From Amoebidium appalachense (taxonomy: Eukaryota; Protista; Ichthyosporea), in contig CAVNZM010000004.1 of assembly GCA_963693365.1 (NCBI GenBank), positions 1,795,449 through 1,859,448 on the forward strand: a DNA stretch of 64,000 bases. Reading direction: 5' to 3'. How positions within the stretch are numbered: the first letter of the stretch is position 1; each line of letters opens with the position of its first letter. The notes beneath the pieces are model-generated. The model was not told where the DNA came from, made no database searches, and saw nothing but the letters and a program-made list of their open reading frames with translations. The translations under genes and the position numbers were made by a program. Below, one piece after another: positions 12,521-46,395 of the stretch.

Positions 12521-13406
12521 TGTGTGTGTTGGAGGGGGGGGGGGAGGGGGGGGGGGGGGAGGGAGGGAGGGGGAGGGGGGGGCGCAGCCACATGGGCTTA
12601 TTATCATGATGTTGCTACTATAATGTGTTAGTATAGGATTTGGTGTTGGACGCACATATGTTTGGAAGGTGGATTACACTAATATAGCCGTCTTTCTTGA
12701 TGGGGGGAAGGGCAGGGGGTAATCACGGGGGGGCCCACAGGATTGTTTCTATGTTTTCACCCTTCCCCTTTCTTTATTTCTTCCTTTATTTCTTTATTTC
12801 TTTTCTTTTTTTTCCCTTTTTTTTTTTTTTTTTTAAAGGGGGGGAAGGGAAGGGGGGGGGGGAAGGGGGGGGGGGATCGGGGGACGTAATCGACCAGCCC
12901 ACAAAGCCGGGATATATAGGTAAACGACGACGTGGGTGGTGTGGCTTCTTTGGCAAGGAAGTTTGTAACCGTGACAGAAGATGACATACGTCAGGCACAG
13001 ACACTTTTTGTCATTCGTTTCTTTCTTTTTGATGAGGCCCATGAGTAACAATCCCTATATTGATCTGGTGTGTCATATGCAGGGGCTATCAGGCAAGATC
13101 AGTGACATTGTTCTGAGCTGTGGCAGTGGAGGCACGGCCTGTGGTTTGGCTCTGGCCAACCATCTGGTGGGCAGCCCATTCAAGGTCCATGCTGGTATGT
13201 GAGGTGTCAATCTCCCCTCTTCCTCCCCCCCCCTCCCCTCCTCCCCCCCTCACCTCCAACAAGCAAATAAATAAATAAATAAATAAAAATATATAAACCT
13301 AACCACCTTTTCACCTCTACTTGTGCTACCATAGTTCTCATTTCAGTACCTACACAGCAGACACAGATGTATTGCAGCATGATAATAGAGCTGTAGGTTT
13401 CTCACT

Positions 13407-13452
<46 letters not shown>

Positions 13453-14276
13453 TCCCCCTCTCCCCGTCCCCCGCCTCCCCTCCCTCCCTCCTTCCCCCTC
13501 CTTCTTTTCTGGGGCCCCCGTGTTTGTCATTGACCGTGGCCAATCTGAAATCAAGCAGCAAGAGCATGCATAAATATAGAAAGCATTTTACTTCTTCATT
13601 TTGAGGTGATGCACAAACATGTTCAGTTGTGTCCCGTAATCCCTCTGAAAACACACAGACACACACCAACGCACGAACACACACACACAATCACACACGC
13701 CCACGATCTCGCACTCACACACAGACACATACCCCACCACCACGTGCTCACACCCAACCCTACCCACCTACCCACCATGCCTTCCTCCTGCCATCTTAAT
13801 TATCCCCCCCCTCCCCCCCCCCCCCCCCCCCCCTCCCCCCCCCCTCAACAAAAAAAAACAAACAAACAAACAAACAAACCCCCCTCCCCCCAATAAAGAA
13901 ACAAAAACACACATAAAAAAATTAAACACACACATACCTTTCTAACCTCCCCCCCCCCCCCCCCCCCCACCTCAAAAGTGAGTGTGTGTGACAATGCTGC
14001 ATACTTCCACGGACACGTGAACGAGACATTGCAGGAGCTCGGAATTACAAACCTGAAGTCTGAGGTGAGTGAGAGGATATATATAAGTGCAGAGTGGCGA
14101 AGTCGCTGGTGGTGTCGTGTGTGTAAACTTGGGCCCCGCTGAGTGCGGGTGTTGGACAGTGTCTTTCTCTTCCATACGTCCTTTTTTTTTTTTTTTTTTT
14201 AGGGTGGTGGTAGTGATCGTGATGGTTGTGGTGGGTTGGTGGGTGGGTGGGTGGAAGGTGGTGGTGGTTTTTTTTT

Positions 14277-14326
<50 letters not shown>

Positions 14327-14685
14327 CTGGGAGGAAGCGCATACACCGGGTGAAAGTCCTTTGCATTCACGGTTCTCGTGCCCACATCCCATCCCTCCGC
14401 TAACCAATCCATATTTAAATTTTTAGTCAGATAGAGGGGAGTGAGAACCAGGGGTTTTGTTTAGTGGGGTGTAGGAGGAGTAGTGAAGAGCTCTAAAACA
14501 CAAGGGTGATCATGAGATTGCCAGCCTTTGTGTAATTGTCTGTTGCCGAAGCGCTTTTGTTGTCTTCCCCGCTGACGAGATACAAAGATGTGAAGAGGGA
14601 TGGGAGGTGTTTCTCGTCTTCCCCTCTTCACCCATACTTTGGTTTCTTGTCTTTATAGAGGTGTTTTTGTGTGTGTGTGTGTTTA

Positions 14686-14724
<39 letters not shown>

Positions 14725-15224
14725 TGATGGGGGGAGGGAGGGGGGGAGGGGGGAGACGGAGAGAGGATCGGAAACAATCGAATAGGATAGCACATATAGC
14801 ATCATACTAATTACCTGTTGCAACCGCATCAGGTATACACAAAGCAGGATTGTAAACCAACGAATACCCCGCAGGCAGCTCAGTGAGTCACTCTCAGACG
14901 AGAAATTAATTATATTTTTCTTCCCCAGGAAATTCTGGATGTGATTGACGGCTACAAGGGGAAGGGCTATGGTGTGAGCACGGATGACGAGTTGACCCTT
15001 TTGCGTGACATTGGACGGTACATGTCCCCCTGAGCCCTCCCCCCCCCCCCCCCCCCCCACCCTTTCCCTTGTGTCTGCCTACCCCCCCCCCCCCCCCCCT
15101 CCACACACCTGGTTTGTTGCACAGCTATGTCCATGCCAGAATGCTCATTGTGTGTGCATCACGTAGCTCTTTGCTGTGTTTTTGGGTATGTTTGTTTTTG
15201 TACTACGTGCTATTCTCCCCCAAC

Positions 15225-15270
<46 letters not shown>

Positions 15271-15693
15271 ACATCCCAGCCCCACCTTCACACCCCACCC
15301 ACACGCACCCATCCAACCCCCGAACCCCTCCACTCTACCCCCCACCCAACCACACACATACGCACATCTCAGTGGCATCCCCACCCACCCACCAACTTTC
15401 TAACTTTTTTAACCCTCTCCCAGAGCCAAAACATACCAACTATCCCATTTCTAAACCGGGTTTGTGACAGGCAAACGGGGATTTTTCTGGACCCAGTCTA
15501 CACTGTCAAGGGAGCAAAAGGTCTTCTTACCGAGCTGAATCAAAATCCGAGACGGTTTGCAGGAAAAAATGTTATGTTCATTCATACGGGGGGAGTGTTT
15601 GGTCTTTATGACATGCGCATAGAGCCCTTTGTCTCGGGGTCGGTGGTGGTTTCGAATTTCAAGGTACCCAGCCCAAAAACAGAAAGAAGATAA
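9999..15693 (+). CDS. D-cysteine desulfhydrase / ACC deaminase family PLP enzyme, ~362 aa (true start may be further upstream)
   Basis: Exons 9999-10187, 11025-11208, 12264-12469, 13083-13194, 13979-14064, 14929-15017, 15471-15693. Motifs: [19 protein letters not shown]|VRKLEFL (PLP lysine), [36 protein letters not shown]. Confidence 0.92.
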
Positions 15694-15883
15694 AACTTGT
15701 CTTTTTATTAAAGCTAATAGCCTTAGCGAAGTATCATTAGAAATGTATTAATTAAGCAAATGTCTCAGGAAGCTTGGTATTCGTATTCCAATTCTTTTCG
15801 TTCTTAGATCCCCCCCCCCCCCCCCCCCCCCCCCCTCCCCTCCAGCACATGCACGCACGCACGCACACACGCACGCGCGCGCG

Positions 15884-15941
<58 letters not shown>

Positions 15942-16215
15942 CACACGTACATAAGTTTAATTTTGTTCTATAGATTTCCACACCAACGGCCGTGCATTGT
16001 TCTGCATGCACAGCATTTTGCCTTTTAGAGGCAGGGTTGTGGTGGATGAGGGAGAGTGGATCATATGGACGGAGTGGGATATTTCGGATTATCATAATAG
16101 CTCTCAAGGGGGTGGTGGTTGAGGGAGAGGGTGGCTCTGAGAGAAGGAGAAATTGAATATATAAGAGGTTCTCAGAGAGGGCCTCGGGATCCGGAGGGAG
16201 TGAGGGATGGGAAAA

Positions 16216-16248
<33 letters not shown>

Positions 16249-17720
16249 CTGGGTTTCAAAGAGAGAGAGGGTCGTAGGGGAAAAAGGTTCAGGCTCTGGG
16301 GGTGTGTGGGAGGGGAGGCCCGGCCAGAGGAGGGGAGACCATATGGGGGAGAGAGCGAGAGAGCTTATGAATGTATGAATTGCTTTGAACGTGTAACGTA
16401 GATAAACCACAGTACAATGTGTCATGACAGTATCGATATTTGCATATTTGTGCATGCCACCTACCAGGAAAAGTATTTATTATAGCTATATGCCAGTGAT
16501 GCCAGTGCGAGCTTCAGGATTTTGGGAGTAGGGGTGGGGTTGTGTGTGTGTGTGTGTGGCGGTGTGTGTACACATGTGTGCGTACACGTGTGTGTACACG
16601 TGCACATGCGTGTGTGTGTGTGGGGGGGGGGGGGGGGGGGGGGGAGTCATTCACATTCCTGGGCCGCTCTCATTCCAAAAAATAAAGACAGCCAATGAAC
16701 ACGCACTATGCATGACGACATTTCGGGGTGCCAAATTTTGATGTGCGAAAGTACACACCTGCCGGACCGCGCCGTGTTACTCGTTACTACAAAGTCATGA
16801 TGTCTTGGTAAAGTGCTCGTTGAAAGATAGTTTTTGAGAAGAAACTTTTTTATTATTATTTTTTAACTAGCTGGCCTCTTTATATTGCTGGGTGCAAGCT
16901 TTGATTATGCCACCCCACGCCTCTCCTCCCACATCTGACGATCATTGTCGATGAACAACAAGAAATGAGTATTTCCTACCCTGAATTATATATATATAAC
17001 CCACAAACAAAACCTTTGCGCGCGGAAACGGATGCACTCATGACCGGTGACGTCGTTCCGAGAGGGAGAGGTCAAAGAGAGAGAGAAGAGGTAGAGAGGC
17101 AGAAGAGACGAACACTATCTGGTGGGTTTTATAGTGTGAGGGGTTCTCAAAATAGGGGCTAACGGAATGCTAACTCATAAGTCATTGTTGGTAGAGCAAT
17201 TCACCAAACTTTCAAGTTCATCGGGTTGGTAGTGCTGCCTTAGTCCAGGCCCTTTGCCAAGCATACTGATTCTGGTGGATCCGGGCAAATATGAGGTGTA
17301 TAACGTGATTGCTTGTTTGCAAGCAGGCACAGAAAGCTTCCGAGAGCGGCATCAGGGATTTTTATGCTTTCACACGCTATTCACGTGCTCCTGTTCACAA
17401 TGATTGTAAGCTGTTCTGGAAGTTCAGTGGACCTAGACATCCCTGCCTCAAATTATGTAGTGGAGGTAGCACATCTCTGGCGCAAGGACTGTGCGACGTA
17501 GTTGTGCACGCGTATGGCTGTTATTTGCAGCTTAGGGTTATGCTCGGGGAAAAAAAGGTTTGGATATGAGGAATTCTCTGCTTTATCTACAGAGATTTTC
17601 ACTGTATGGGCTTTGCCAACGCTTAACGTTATGTAAGAAAATCTCATTCGTCATTTAGTGAATCTGGTTTAGTTTGTGACGATGTGGTTATGCTAACATC
17701 CGTCTCATAATACAGAGAGA

Positions 17721-24412
<6,692 letters not shown>

Positions 24413-24448
24413 GATGTGGGTGTACCGGTGTTTGGGGGGGGTGGGGGG

Positions 24449-24491
<43 letters not shown>

Positions 24492-24643
24492 GGAGGGGTC
24501 TTCTGGTTGGGTACCCTTGTCTGAGATATGGTCTATGTAGAAATGACATGATTGCGCCTCACAAGGAATCCTTAGTGATAGACTTGTTCATTAATTTAAT
24601 TAATTCGGTCACGATTTGTAGTCACAGATTATAGTATCCGCCG

Positions 24644-24675
<32 letters not shown>

Positions 24676-25396
24676 TCGTGTGGAAAGCTAGTTGATAGGG
24701 ATGAATCTATTGAGGTATGTGTCCTGATATAGTTATTGAGTAACACTGAGCTGCCAACAATGACCTAGGTGTTTATGATATTATATGAACTTTCCGTACA
24801 TATATGTTTTTCCTCATTTTGGTTCTAAATTGGGATATAGCTATAGCATTTAACTTAATGTATTTGCTCCCGCTAAATAAATTGAAACGGTTCAGTATAT
24901 GGCCCTATGGTGCAAATGGGCCGCCAGACACGGTGGAGGAGATGGGTTTTTTATTCTGGGGACCAAAGACATGTCGCACACTTCATCATTCATGCCATAT
25001 TTCTACCTTTTTTTGTGTTTTATAAAAACTATGGAGGCAGTATCATATCTGGTGTCAAATACAATTGAAATTCGATGTCAAGAATTTCTGCAAACAGCTG
25101 ATTGCATACTGTAACCCGCAGATAGCGGCCGACTACAAAAAAAAAAATAAAAAAAATAATAATAGGTACAAGCATAGGTCCTCCAAGACACACGAGATCG
25201 TCAAACATACCAAACAAAGCATACTAAATGTGCAGGAAGTGTTTTCCAAAGCGTAACTAACAAGAATACTACTGAGGCATGGCCCGGGCAGCCGCCAGCA
25301 AAAACCCATTCAAAAAAAAAAACAACAAAAAAAAAAAACACGGCCAAAGCACCAACAACAGCAACAAAAAAAAGACTTACAATAAATCATTAACTA

Positions 25397-26933
25397 CTAT
25401 GGTTTTGGCGCGGGGGTCACTCTTAGGTGGCGCCGGAAATCGTCAATATTCTCCTCGAAATGTTTTTCGAAGTAGACGTTCATGAGAAACTCGGATTCGG
25501 CCCCACACCTGTGTGGGTGAGTGTGAGTATCTAACAGGAAACGTAATAAACATTGTTAACCCAATGACAAGGTTTTCGATGGCATTTTTACTCGCCTAAT
25601 ACACACACACACATATCCAAACATCAAAAAAAAAAAAAAAATTGTGTTTGCATTGCCCTCCCTCTCCCTCGCTCTTCTTATTCCCCCCCCCCCCCCCCCC
25701 CCCCCCCCCGTCCTCTGTAGAGTAGACTGTCCTTCTCTCGCTCTCCCTGTTTTACCCACCCACCCACCCTCTTTCAGTCTCACAAATCATGCACACAAAA
25801 TTTAGCACTTAATCCCTCTCTGCCTCTCTTTCTCCCCGCCTCTCCCCTCCCCCCTCTCTCTGGCTTTCACGTGTGTGTTTGTGTAGTTCAGGCTGCAAAG
25901 AGGGAGAGGGGGGGGGGGGGGAGGAGAGGGGGGGGGAGGTTTGAGCGTCAGTGTGCATGTGTGCACGTCCGTGTACGTGTTTGCGTGTGCATGATATGTG
26001 ATGAGGGGGGGGGGGGGTTTGAGGGGGGGGGGGGGGGAGTAAGGCAGAGGGGGGAGGGGGGGGGGGGGGGGAAGGGAGTAAGGCAGAAGGAGGGGGAGGG
26101 GGGGGGGGGGAGGGTAGGTGGGAGGAGGGGAGTTCAATACTTCAAAGCCCAAGGCACCCACACGCCAAACACGTGGGCCATCTCCTTGGGAGGCAGGCGC
26201 ATGGGCCCAAAGAGAGACCCGGCCATGGTCATGGGTAGGCCAGTCTGCACCATCTCAAACCACTTGACGGCTATCTCCGCCTCAACACTGTACGTGTGTG
26301 TGTGTGTGGTGGTGGTGGTGGTGGTGGGGGGGGGGGGGGGGGGGGGGGGGTTAGAATGTGTTATAAAGTACGAAGAACACAATCATGACATACAACACCA
26401 TGCAAATTGCAAAGCACATATAAAGGGATTGGGGGGGGGGGGGGGGGGGGGGGGCTGGGTTCGCCCGAGACCGGGTGTTTGTGTCTTGTGTGTGTGTGTG
26501 CTTACCTGGTGTTGATGGATCATGGAAATGTTTCACATCTCTCCATCCCTGTCTCCTTTGCACCTGAGCCTATCTCCTTCTCCCCCTCCCCCACGACCCC
26601 CCCTCCCCCCTCCCCCCTTTCCCTCTTCCGCTTGGCGACACACACACACACGTACACCAGGCCACTCCTAATCCACCAACAACCCTCCCAGAGACCACCA
26701 ATACCAGACATGCACCGTGACATGTATCATTGACCTATACCTTATCGACACTATCACATATAACTTATCGACACTATCACATACCGGCTTTATGACTTTA
26801 AAAGGAAAACGAGAATCAAAAAAACTGAGCGTGGGCAGGTACCTGATAGGCATGTCCAGGAGGGTGTGCACAAAGTCGTGGATCTGGCGGTAGCGCAGCA
26901 TGACGTAGGCAAGATCGACACTGTCGACAAACC

Positions 26934-26992
<59 letters not shown>

Positions 26993-27026
26993 CCCGTGTG
27001 TGCGCGTAGGAGTTTTTTTTTTTTTT

Positions 27027-27070
<44 letters not shown>

Positions 27071-29203
27071 GTTGCATGCGATCATGTGATGTGTGTGTCG
27101 TGCTTGTGGGTCTATGGTTACAGGGGAGTAGGGGGCATGATGGAGTACATTCATCGAATATAATACTGTTCAGTACGGTGGGGAAGAGGGGGGGGGGGGA
27201 GGGTGGGGGAGGAGGTGGGAGCAAGCGAGGATAGAGGGAAAAAGAAATCGACAGACCGGTGTTTGTGTTTTGGGGCAAGGTGCCAAATAGGTGGCGGCGA
27301 TTTTTTTTTTTTTTTTTTTTTTTTGGGGGGGGGGGGCTTCTAGAAGTCGTGGGAGAGGGAGACAGGAGTTCTCTAACATGTGTGTGGGGGTGGGTGCGAC
27401 GGCGGCAGCTGCGGTGGTGGTTGGGGGGAGGGGAGAGGGGGAGGGGAGGGGGGAATGGGGAGAAGAGAAATGAGCAAGAGCCCAATAGAGGTGGGCGGGT
27501 GGGGGCGACGGCGGTGGGGTTCGTGTGCAGGCGGAAGGAGGGGCGGGGGGGGAGAGGGGGAGGGGGGGGGGGGGGGGGGGGGGTCGGGAGGGGGAGTCTG
27601 ACTACTCACATCATCTCTTGTGTCTGGAGACACATGGCAGTCATCCAAGAAGCGAACATACTCCCGACCAAACGTGCCCTCAGGGTAACTGCGCAGCTGC
27701 AAACATTTACAACAGCATCAACAAATGCCCCCTCCCCCCCCCCCCTTGACCCCCCTCCAACCCCCCCCCCCCCCCCCCCCCGCTTTCTCCGTCTCTCCGT
27801 CTCTGGCAGTTATATTTCTTTCTGCCTAGCTTTGGATTTGTGCAGTCTCATGCCCCCCTCCCCCCTCCCCTACCGGATAGCACCCAACCACACGTACACA
27901 CAACACGTGCACGTGCCACACCCGTGTGTAGCAGCCCATGGACATACATGCACAAACTGGCCTGCAACTCTTACGTGTACACTATTGGATGCCCTTGCCC
28001 ATCTTGTTAAATACATGCTTAATAGCTAATAGAGCACCCAACACAAAATAACCCACCAGAAGCACAAAACCCATCTAACAAAGCGCAACAATAAGAATGT
28101 AAAAACCCAGGCAATCACACACACACACACACACGCACACACACACCTACCCACGCATCCCCCCTCCCCCCCCCACCCATCCACCCACCCGCCCACCCAC
28201 CTTATCCACATCTACGCTCTGTGATGTGATATACGGCCTCTCTTTTAATATCTCAGCCCCCACGGGGTGTGAAATCATCCTATCGTACATGCGCTGCAGC
28301 GCCAGTCTGCCTGTAGTCTCCCCCAGTGTCGCTATCATGTCTGTACCACCCTTAGTAAGCACAACGGAATCACACATCCCCCCCCCCCCCCTCCCCTCCC
28401 CGCTCCTCCCACCCCCTCCGCTCCCCCCCCCCCCCCCCCCCCCAACTCTCCTCCCTTCCGTGGCCTAATAGGTTCAGGAGAAAAAAATGGGGGGTTCTCC
28501 TCTCCAACATCACCCCCTCCCTCGAAGCCCCCCTTTCTAAATAGAAGGGGGCCAGGGTGTGGAGGGGGGAAGGGGGGAGGGGGGAGGCCAAGGGGCAGGG
28601 GGAGAAATGAAAGTCGTAGATGAAGGACACAAGCAATACTGGGAGATCTAACAACTGTATGCACGTGCTAGGAAAGAAGCAAGGGAAGAGCTAGGGGACG
28701 GAGGGTGTACTTTCTAATTTTGGTTATTTTTGGGGTGGGGGGGGGGGGGGGGGGGGGGGGGGGAAGGGGGGGGGGGAGGGGGGTTTGAATGCGGAACACA
28801 GTACGAAGTACACATACACGATGAGAAGCATGGTGCAGGACACATGCAAAGGCAAACATTCAAGGAAGGGGGGGGGGGAGGGGGAGGGGTTGAGGAAGGA
28901 GGGGGGGGGGAGGGGGGGGGGGGGGGGAGTCTAGCTATCCAGAAAAGAGCTGCAAAGTACTGCGCATAGTAATAGACAGTGTTACAAAAAGAACCGGACG
29001 GTAGAGAGAGAGAGAGAGTTATGAAGCAAAGAGAGATGAGATGAGGTGAGGCAGATTGGTGGGGAGAAAGAGAGGGACAATAATCTGGAAGGGCAGAAGA
29101 GAAGAACGCCAAAAAGAAAATATGTACAGGCGACCAAGATGCCACAAGACAACGGAGTGTTGGTGGATAAAACACTGGGGGGGAAGGGTGTGTGTGCGTG
29201 TGT

Positions 29204-29234
<31 letters not shown>

Positions 29235-29654
29235 GGGGGGAAAGGTGTGAGGAGAGGCGGGGGGAGGTATGGACAAGACAAGATCACCAAGTGGAAGAAA
29301 ACACATGCGGAAAGAAATTACAGCTGCACAGGTATTGGAAACGGAAACCGTTGACTGTTTAAGTAAGGATACCATTCTCCAATTGCAAAGTAAAGTACAA
29401 TCTTTTAGACAGCTAGGAGAGGGGAAGATGGCTCACCCACCTCCCCTTGTCGGCTCAATCACTCCTACCAGCGCAGAGCCCACAGCAAGCAGGCCTTTTT
29501 GTAGCAAGCTGGTAGGAACATGTGTTGGGTAGAGAGGTGCTTGGTTGCCCAACGGCTTGGTGGGGTGGTATAGTCGCCTGGAATGAACTAATAGTGATGG
29601 CCGCAGGGATGCACTTGCCAGGCCCAGGGCTTTCAAGCATGGATTGGGTATCAT
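25397..29654 (-). CDS. COQ4: Ubiquinone biosynthesis protein COQ4, mitochondrial, ~264 aa
   Basis: Exons 29654-29441, 28340-28201, 27696-27610, 26937-26843, 26287-26141, 25508-25397. Motifs: LYPTHVPTSLLQKGLLAVGS, DMIATLGETTG, LRYRQIHDFVHTLLDMP (HDxxH), EIAVKWFEMVQTGLPM, NVYFEKHFE. The N-terminus is Arg/Leu/Ser-rich, like a transit peptide. Confidence 0.95.
26351..26427 (-). repeat. Copy of dispersed ~75-bp intronic element
   Basis: Minus strand reads ctttatatgtgctttgcaatttgcatggtgttgtatgtcatgattgtgttcttcgtactttataacacattctaa followed by a C-run. Confidence 0.6.
28784..28865 (-). repeat. Copy of dispersed ~75-bp intronic element
   Basis: Minus strand contains atgtgtacttcgtactgtgttccgcattcaaa followed by a C-run. 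Confidence 0.65.
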
Positions 29655-30236
29655 TTTTGTGAAGTATGCACAGAAATCCCCAACCACCAGTTATGTCTTG
29701 TATTTTGGGTTATATAAGGTTTGACAAAAAGTTAGAAGAGGGAAAATAACAGAAATACTGAAGTGGCGAAGACTTGAGGAGTGACTGTCCGACTCATGCA
29801 ATCCGAAAGGGAATCCTGTAAGATCTTTGTTTAGCCGATTTAAAGAGGTCAACTAGACCCTATTTGACGTCATACTATGGCAGACTATTCATATCTGCAA
29901 AACCTCGGGAGTCAAATGAATCCCACCTTATCGAGCCACACCGTGCAGCGCTGCCTCAGCTAGACGAGTGCGGTTCAAGGGAGAGTGTGATCTACGTGTG
30001 GTGCATTCTTTACTCTGAAAAAAGGGATTGAAAGTAGTTTTGTGGAACTAGTTGTGTGTGGGGCAATCTATAAGGACGAATGTACTTTATTTGGGTCGTG
30101 GTAACGCTATAAATAGGTGGGTAGGGTTTGTTCTCTTGGATTAGTGCTCGGGGCAAAAGCGTCTGTCATCAGGCAAGAAGAAAAGGGTTCAAATGCAAAC
30201 ACCAAGCAGCCCCTTCCCGGCCACACGCAAGCATCC

Positions 30237-34775
<4,539 letters not shown>

Positions 34776-34916
34776 TTTTTTGTTTGTATTTTCCTCATTT
34801 TTGTTGTTTGTTTGTTTGTTTGTTTTTTCACCCCCCCTTTTTTAGTGGTGTTGGCGGTGGTGATGGGTGGATGGATGGTGGTGGTTGGGGTGGTGTGTGT
34901 GGGTGGGTGGGTGGGT

Positions 34917-34971
<55 letters not shown>

Positions 34972-36219
34972 CTTCAATCAGAGTGGGGCCCAGGGGAGAG
35001 AGGTGCGAATGATGCAAGCATGAATGACTCTTGAGTAATATCGGAGTATTTTAATAATCTTGAATGAGAAAGCAAAATAACATTAAGGCAGAATATTAGG
35101 CGTGTGTAAGGAGTAAGTGGCGTGTTCACGTGGGCAATGTGAGGATACGCGTGTCACCTGTATCTGGCTAGCTCGGCTTAGATGTGTGTGCATATGCATG
35201 TGTGTGTGTGTGTGTGTGCGCGCGTGCGTGCGTGTGTGCGTGCACTCGCGTGCCGCGCTCGGGTGGGTGGGTGGGTGGGTGTATGTGATGTACACCAAAA
35301 CAAACGAAGCTATTCAGGTGATCGAACGAAGTGAAGTGAATGGGTTAATAAAGTTGAAGCACAAGTACATCACTGGACACAATTCATATAAATTTGAAAC
35401 TGTCTAAGAGCCATGGGATATCCCGAGTGTGCTCTGCCAATCCGAGCCTTTCTCCCCCTGCCCGCTCACGGATGCGGAGTTAGATCGACCATACACATAT
35501 TTTACTATCAACCAAACCCATATACAAAGCAAATACAACCTATAGTTTCACACACTCACCCGTGCACAAGCTTGTATACTGCATGCACACACCACACAGG
35601 CCACAGATGGGCGTGCACATATGCGTGTACACACACATGCAAGTGTTCGGATGGATGCAGTTGTGTGCACGCGTATTTGCAATTGAAATTTCTAACAGTT
35701 GAAAACGGGAGACTCGGTGTGCACCTTTCACGACACATAAAACTTGGCTGCTTTTACCCGAAAGATTCTTTTTATGTTTCGTGCACAGCACGTAGTAGAG
35801 GTCAGAGTTGAAGTGGTTATGTATGTACAGTGCTGTTTGATGTCTTACATTTGTGCCAACACCACGTTTGTTTGGTAGATAACAAATGTAAGTTATGTTC
35901 AATTGCACTAGGTCAAAAAAACAGAGACAGATCAACTCATCTTAATCATCCCCCCCCCCCCCCCCCCCCCCCCCCAAAAAAAAACAAAAACAAAAAAAAA
36001 CACCCCCACCCCACCGCACCCTTCCTCAGACTCCCGCCAAGCACGCATGCACACACACCCACCTACACTTTTTCTTGACACCCCAACATATATTATACAG
36101 TCATCGGCAACAGGGGAGGTGAGACTTTCCACCAAACACAGTGCCTAAGGATTGCACGTTAAACACTAAACAACCAATCTAAATACCAGGCGGAAAGCCT
36201 TAAAAGCCAATGCCCATGC

Positions 36220-44017
<7,798 letters not shown>

Positions 44018-44530
44018 CTTGAACTCTTAGAAGATTACTTACACGTAAATAAATAATCTTTAGAAGGCTCAGGCTCACCCGTTGAAAGAATTGCTAATGA
44101 TTCCCTGTTGCAAGGAGGAAAAACGTACTTGCAAGAAAACAAGTGAAGTCTCCTGACATCCATGCGCCGCGGCCCGTCACGGCGGGAGCTCATAAATCCG
44201 AAGTCACGCATGTATTTTGGCGTTTATAACAACCGAAAAATCAAACGCGGCAACATAGTTCAAATTTGTAGGTGCTCAACTATTGGATAGCTGGATTTTG
44301 TTTTCCCGCCAAAACTCTCGTTTTGTGATATTACAAAACAGCTCCTCACCAGAAAGCATTTTTGGTTGACGGTGTGAGGGTAGGCTTCCACACAGCTAGG
44401 TTAGTGAGTTAGGGAGTTTAGTTTCTTGACGGCGTTTGTATATTACACAAAAGATATACACACCTACTTCGGTTTCCTTGTCACCTTTTACTATTAAGTT
44501 TTATGCACGATAATTTTTTGTTTTCCAAAG

Positions 44531-44760
44531 ATGGCGGACCCAGCACCCACCATAGCGCACCTCCAGGAGGACCCTGACCTGAGGGTCCGCCACCTGTGTG
44601 AAAAGTTTGCTCCTCTGAAAGTCGTAAGTACGCTTTCCGCCCTTTCTGTTATCGTTCCTTCCTTGCTTTCTTGAGTGCCCGTCTCCTTCCACCTCCCCCC
44701 TCCTCCCCTCCCCCCCTCCCCCCCCCCCCCCCCGCCCCCCTCCCCACCCCCACCCCCCCC

Positions 44761-44793
<33 letters not shown>

Positions 44794-46357
44794 CTCAAAC
44801 TTTACCTGCCCTGTGAGGCATCCTCCACTCCGATGGTCACTCCGATGGTCACCATTTCTTTCCTTGCAGGTCAAACATGACTGGGTAGCCATAGGCCGGT
44901 GGCTCCGATACGGCCTAGTCCGCTATGGGAAGGAGGAGGAGGAGAAGCCTCTCACCTGGGAAACAGTCGAGAGAGCAAGACGAAACGGGCCTGTGGATGG
45001 TGTGGATGTGCTAGGTACTGAACCTTCATCCCTTTATCCACCTCTCCCCCCCCTCCCCCTATCTCCCGTTCCCGCGCAAAGTTCCCCTCTATTCTTCTGT
45101 TCTTTTGCTCCGCGGGGGAGGTTCCCCATGCAGTCTTATCCATGGAGTCCTTGTTTTCCTCCTACCCATCTGCTCATGCCAAATCCCTTTTCCACATCAG
45201 GCAGATACTTGTTTCTCCTTCACATTTCCTTTTGCGTTGAACATTTTTTTCTGTATCCCCCCTCCTCCCCCCCTCCGCCCCCCCCCCCCAACCCTCCCCC
45301 CTGAATCCCTTCTGGGAGAACTACCCCCTTGTGCTGGTAATGCCCATTTCTAACCCTAGTCATAATCGACCAGCTTTTCTGTTTTGTAGTTTGCTGTGAC
45401 TCGTGCCATTTTATAAGAACCTAATAAACCGTTAGTAAGCCCACCTCTCCTTCCGATCTCCCCCTCTTCCATCCACCCTCCACCCCTACCCCCGCTGCAC
45501 AACACCTGCAATTGATCTCCCCTTCTCCTCTCCATGTTTTTTTCGTCCAGTCGGTATGACCGATGCCCCTCCGCTCTTAGTGAGTGTCAGAAGGGGAGCC
45601 AGGTGCGTATGTGTTTGTGGCGCGCGGAAGGGGGTGAGGGGGGGAATTTCTTGTGTTACATAGAACATGCATGTTCACTCACTAGCTCAGTTTGAGTTTG
45701 TCTATTTATCGTTGTTGGAGACGGAAACTAGGGTTTTTTTTTGTGGGGGAGGGGGGGGGGAGAGGGGGCGGGGGGCGGGGAGAGGGGGGAGGGGGACGTG
45801 TGTCTGTGCCGGGGAAGGTTTGGGGGGAGGGGGGGGGGGAGGGGGGAGAGAGAGAAAGAGAGAGAGGGGGGGGGGGGGGCACTTGTGTTCTGTAAAAGTG
45901 AGGTCCCTTCTCATGTCCAACAAGTCACATGTAATACAAAAGTAGCTAACAGTTTCATTTTTACCTCCAGCCCTGGTGCGAAGTAAGTCATCACGTGCCA
46001 CCTATCTCGTGCTGGTGATTAACTATCGCCCACCTGTCGGCTGTGTGTGCATCGAGTTTCCCTCGGGTTTGGTGGACAGGGGAGAGTCACCGGAGGAGGT
46101 AAATGACAGTGGTGGGTTGATTACAAACAAACGAACAATACATTGATCGTGGTTTATTGATTGTGAGATAGCGAATTTATGTGTAATGGGTGTGTGTCGT
46201 CTTTTTGGAAATTTCCTAGTTGTGTGGTTTGTGTTTCTTCTGCCTGATTTGCTGTTTTGGGGGGTTTGTTCTACGGTTTTGTCATAGTGAGCTTCTCCTT
46301 TTCTCGGTTTGTAGTGGCATGCATATTTCTCCCTGGAACGAACTTTGTGTTTTGTTC

Positions 46358-46395
<38 letters not shown>

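Noticed and set aside
26741-26783. 23-bp tandem duplication (cttatcgacactatcacata) in a COQ4 intron, and a similar aaaagccagcgtaata duplication near 40555-40625
   Set aside because: Ordinary slippage duplications with no evident function.
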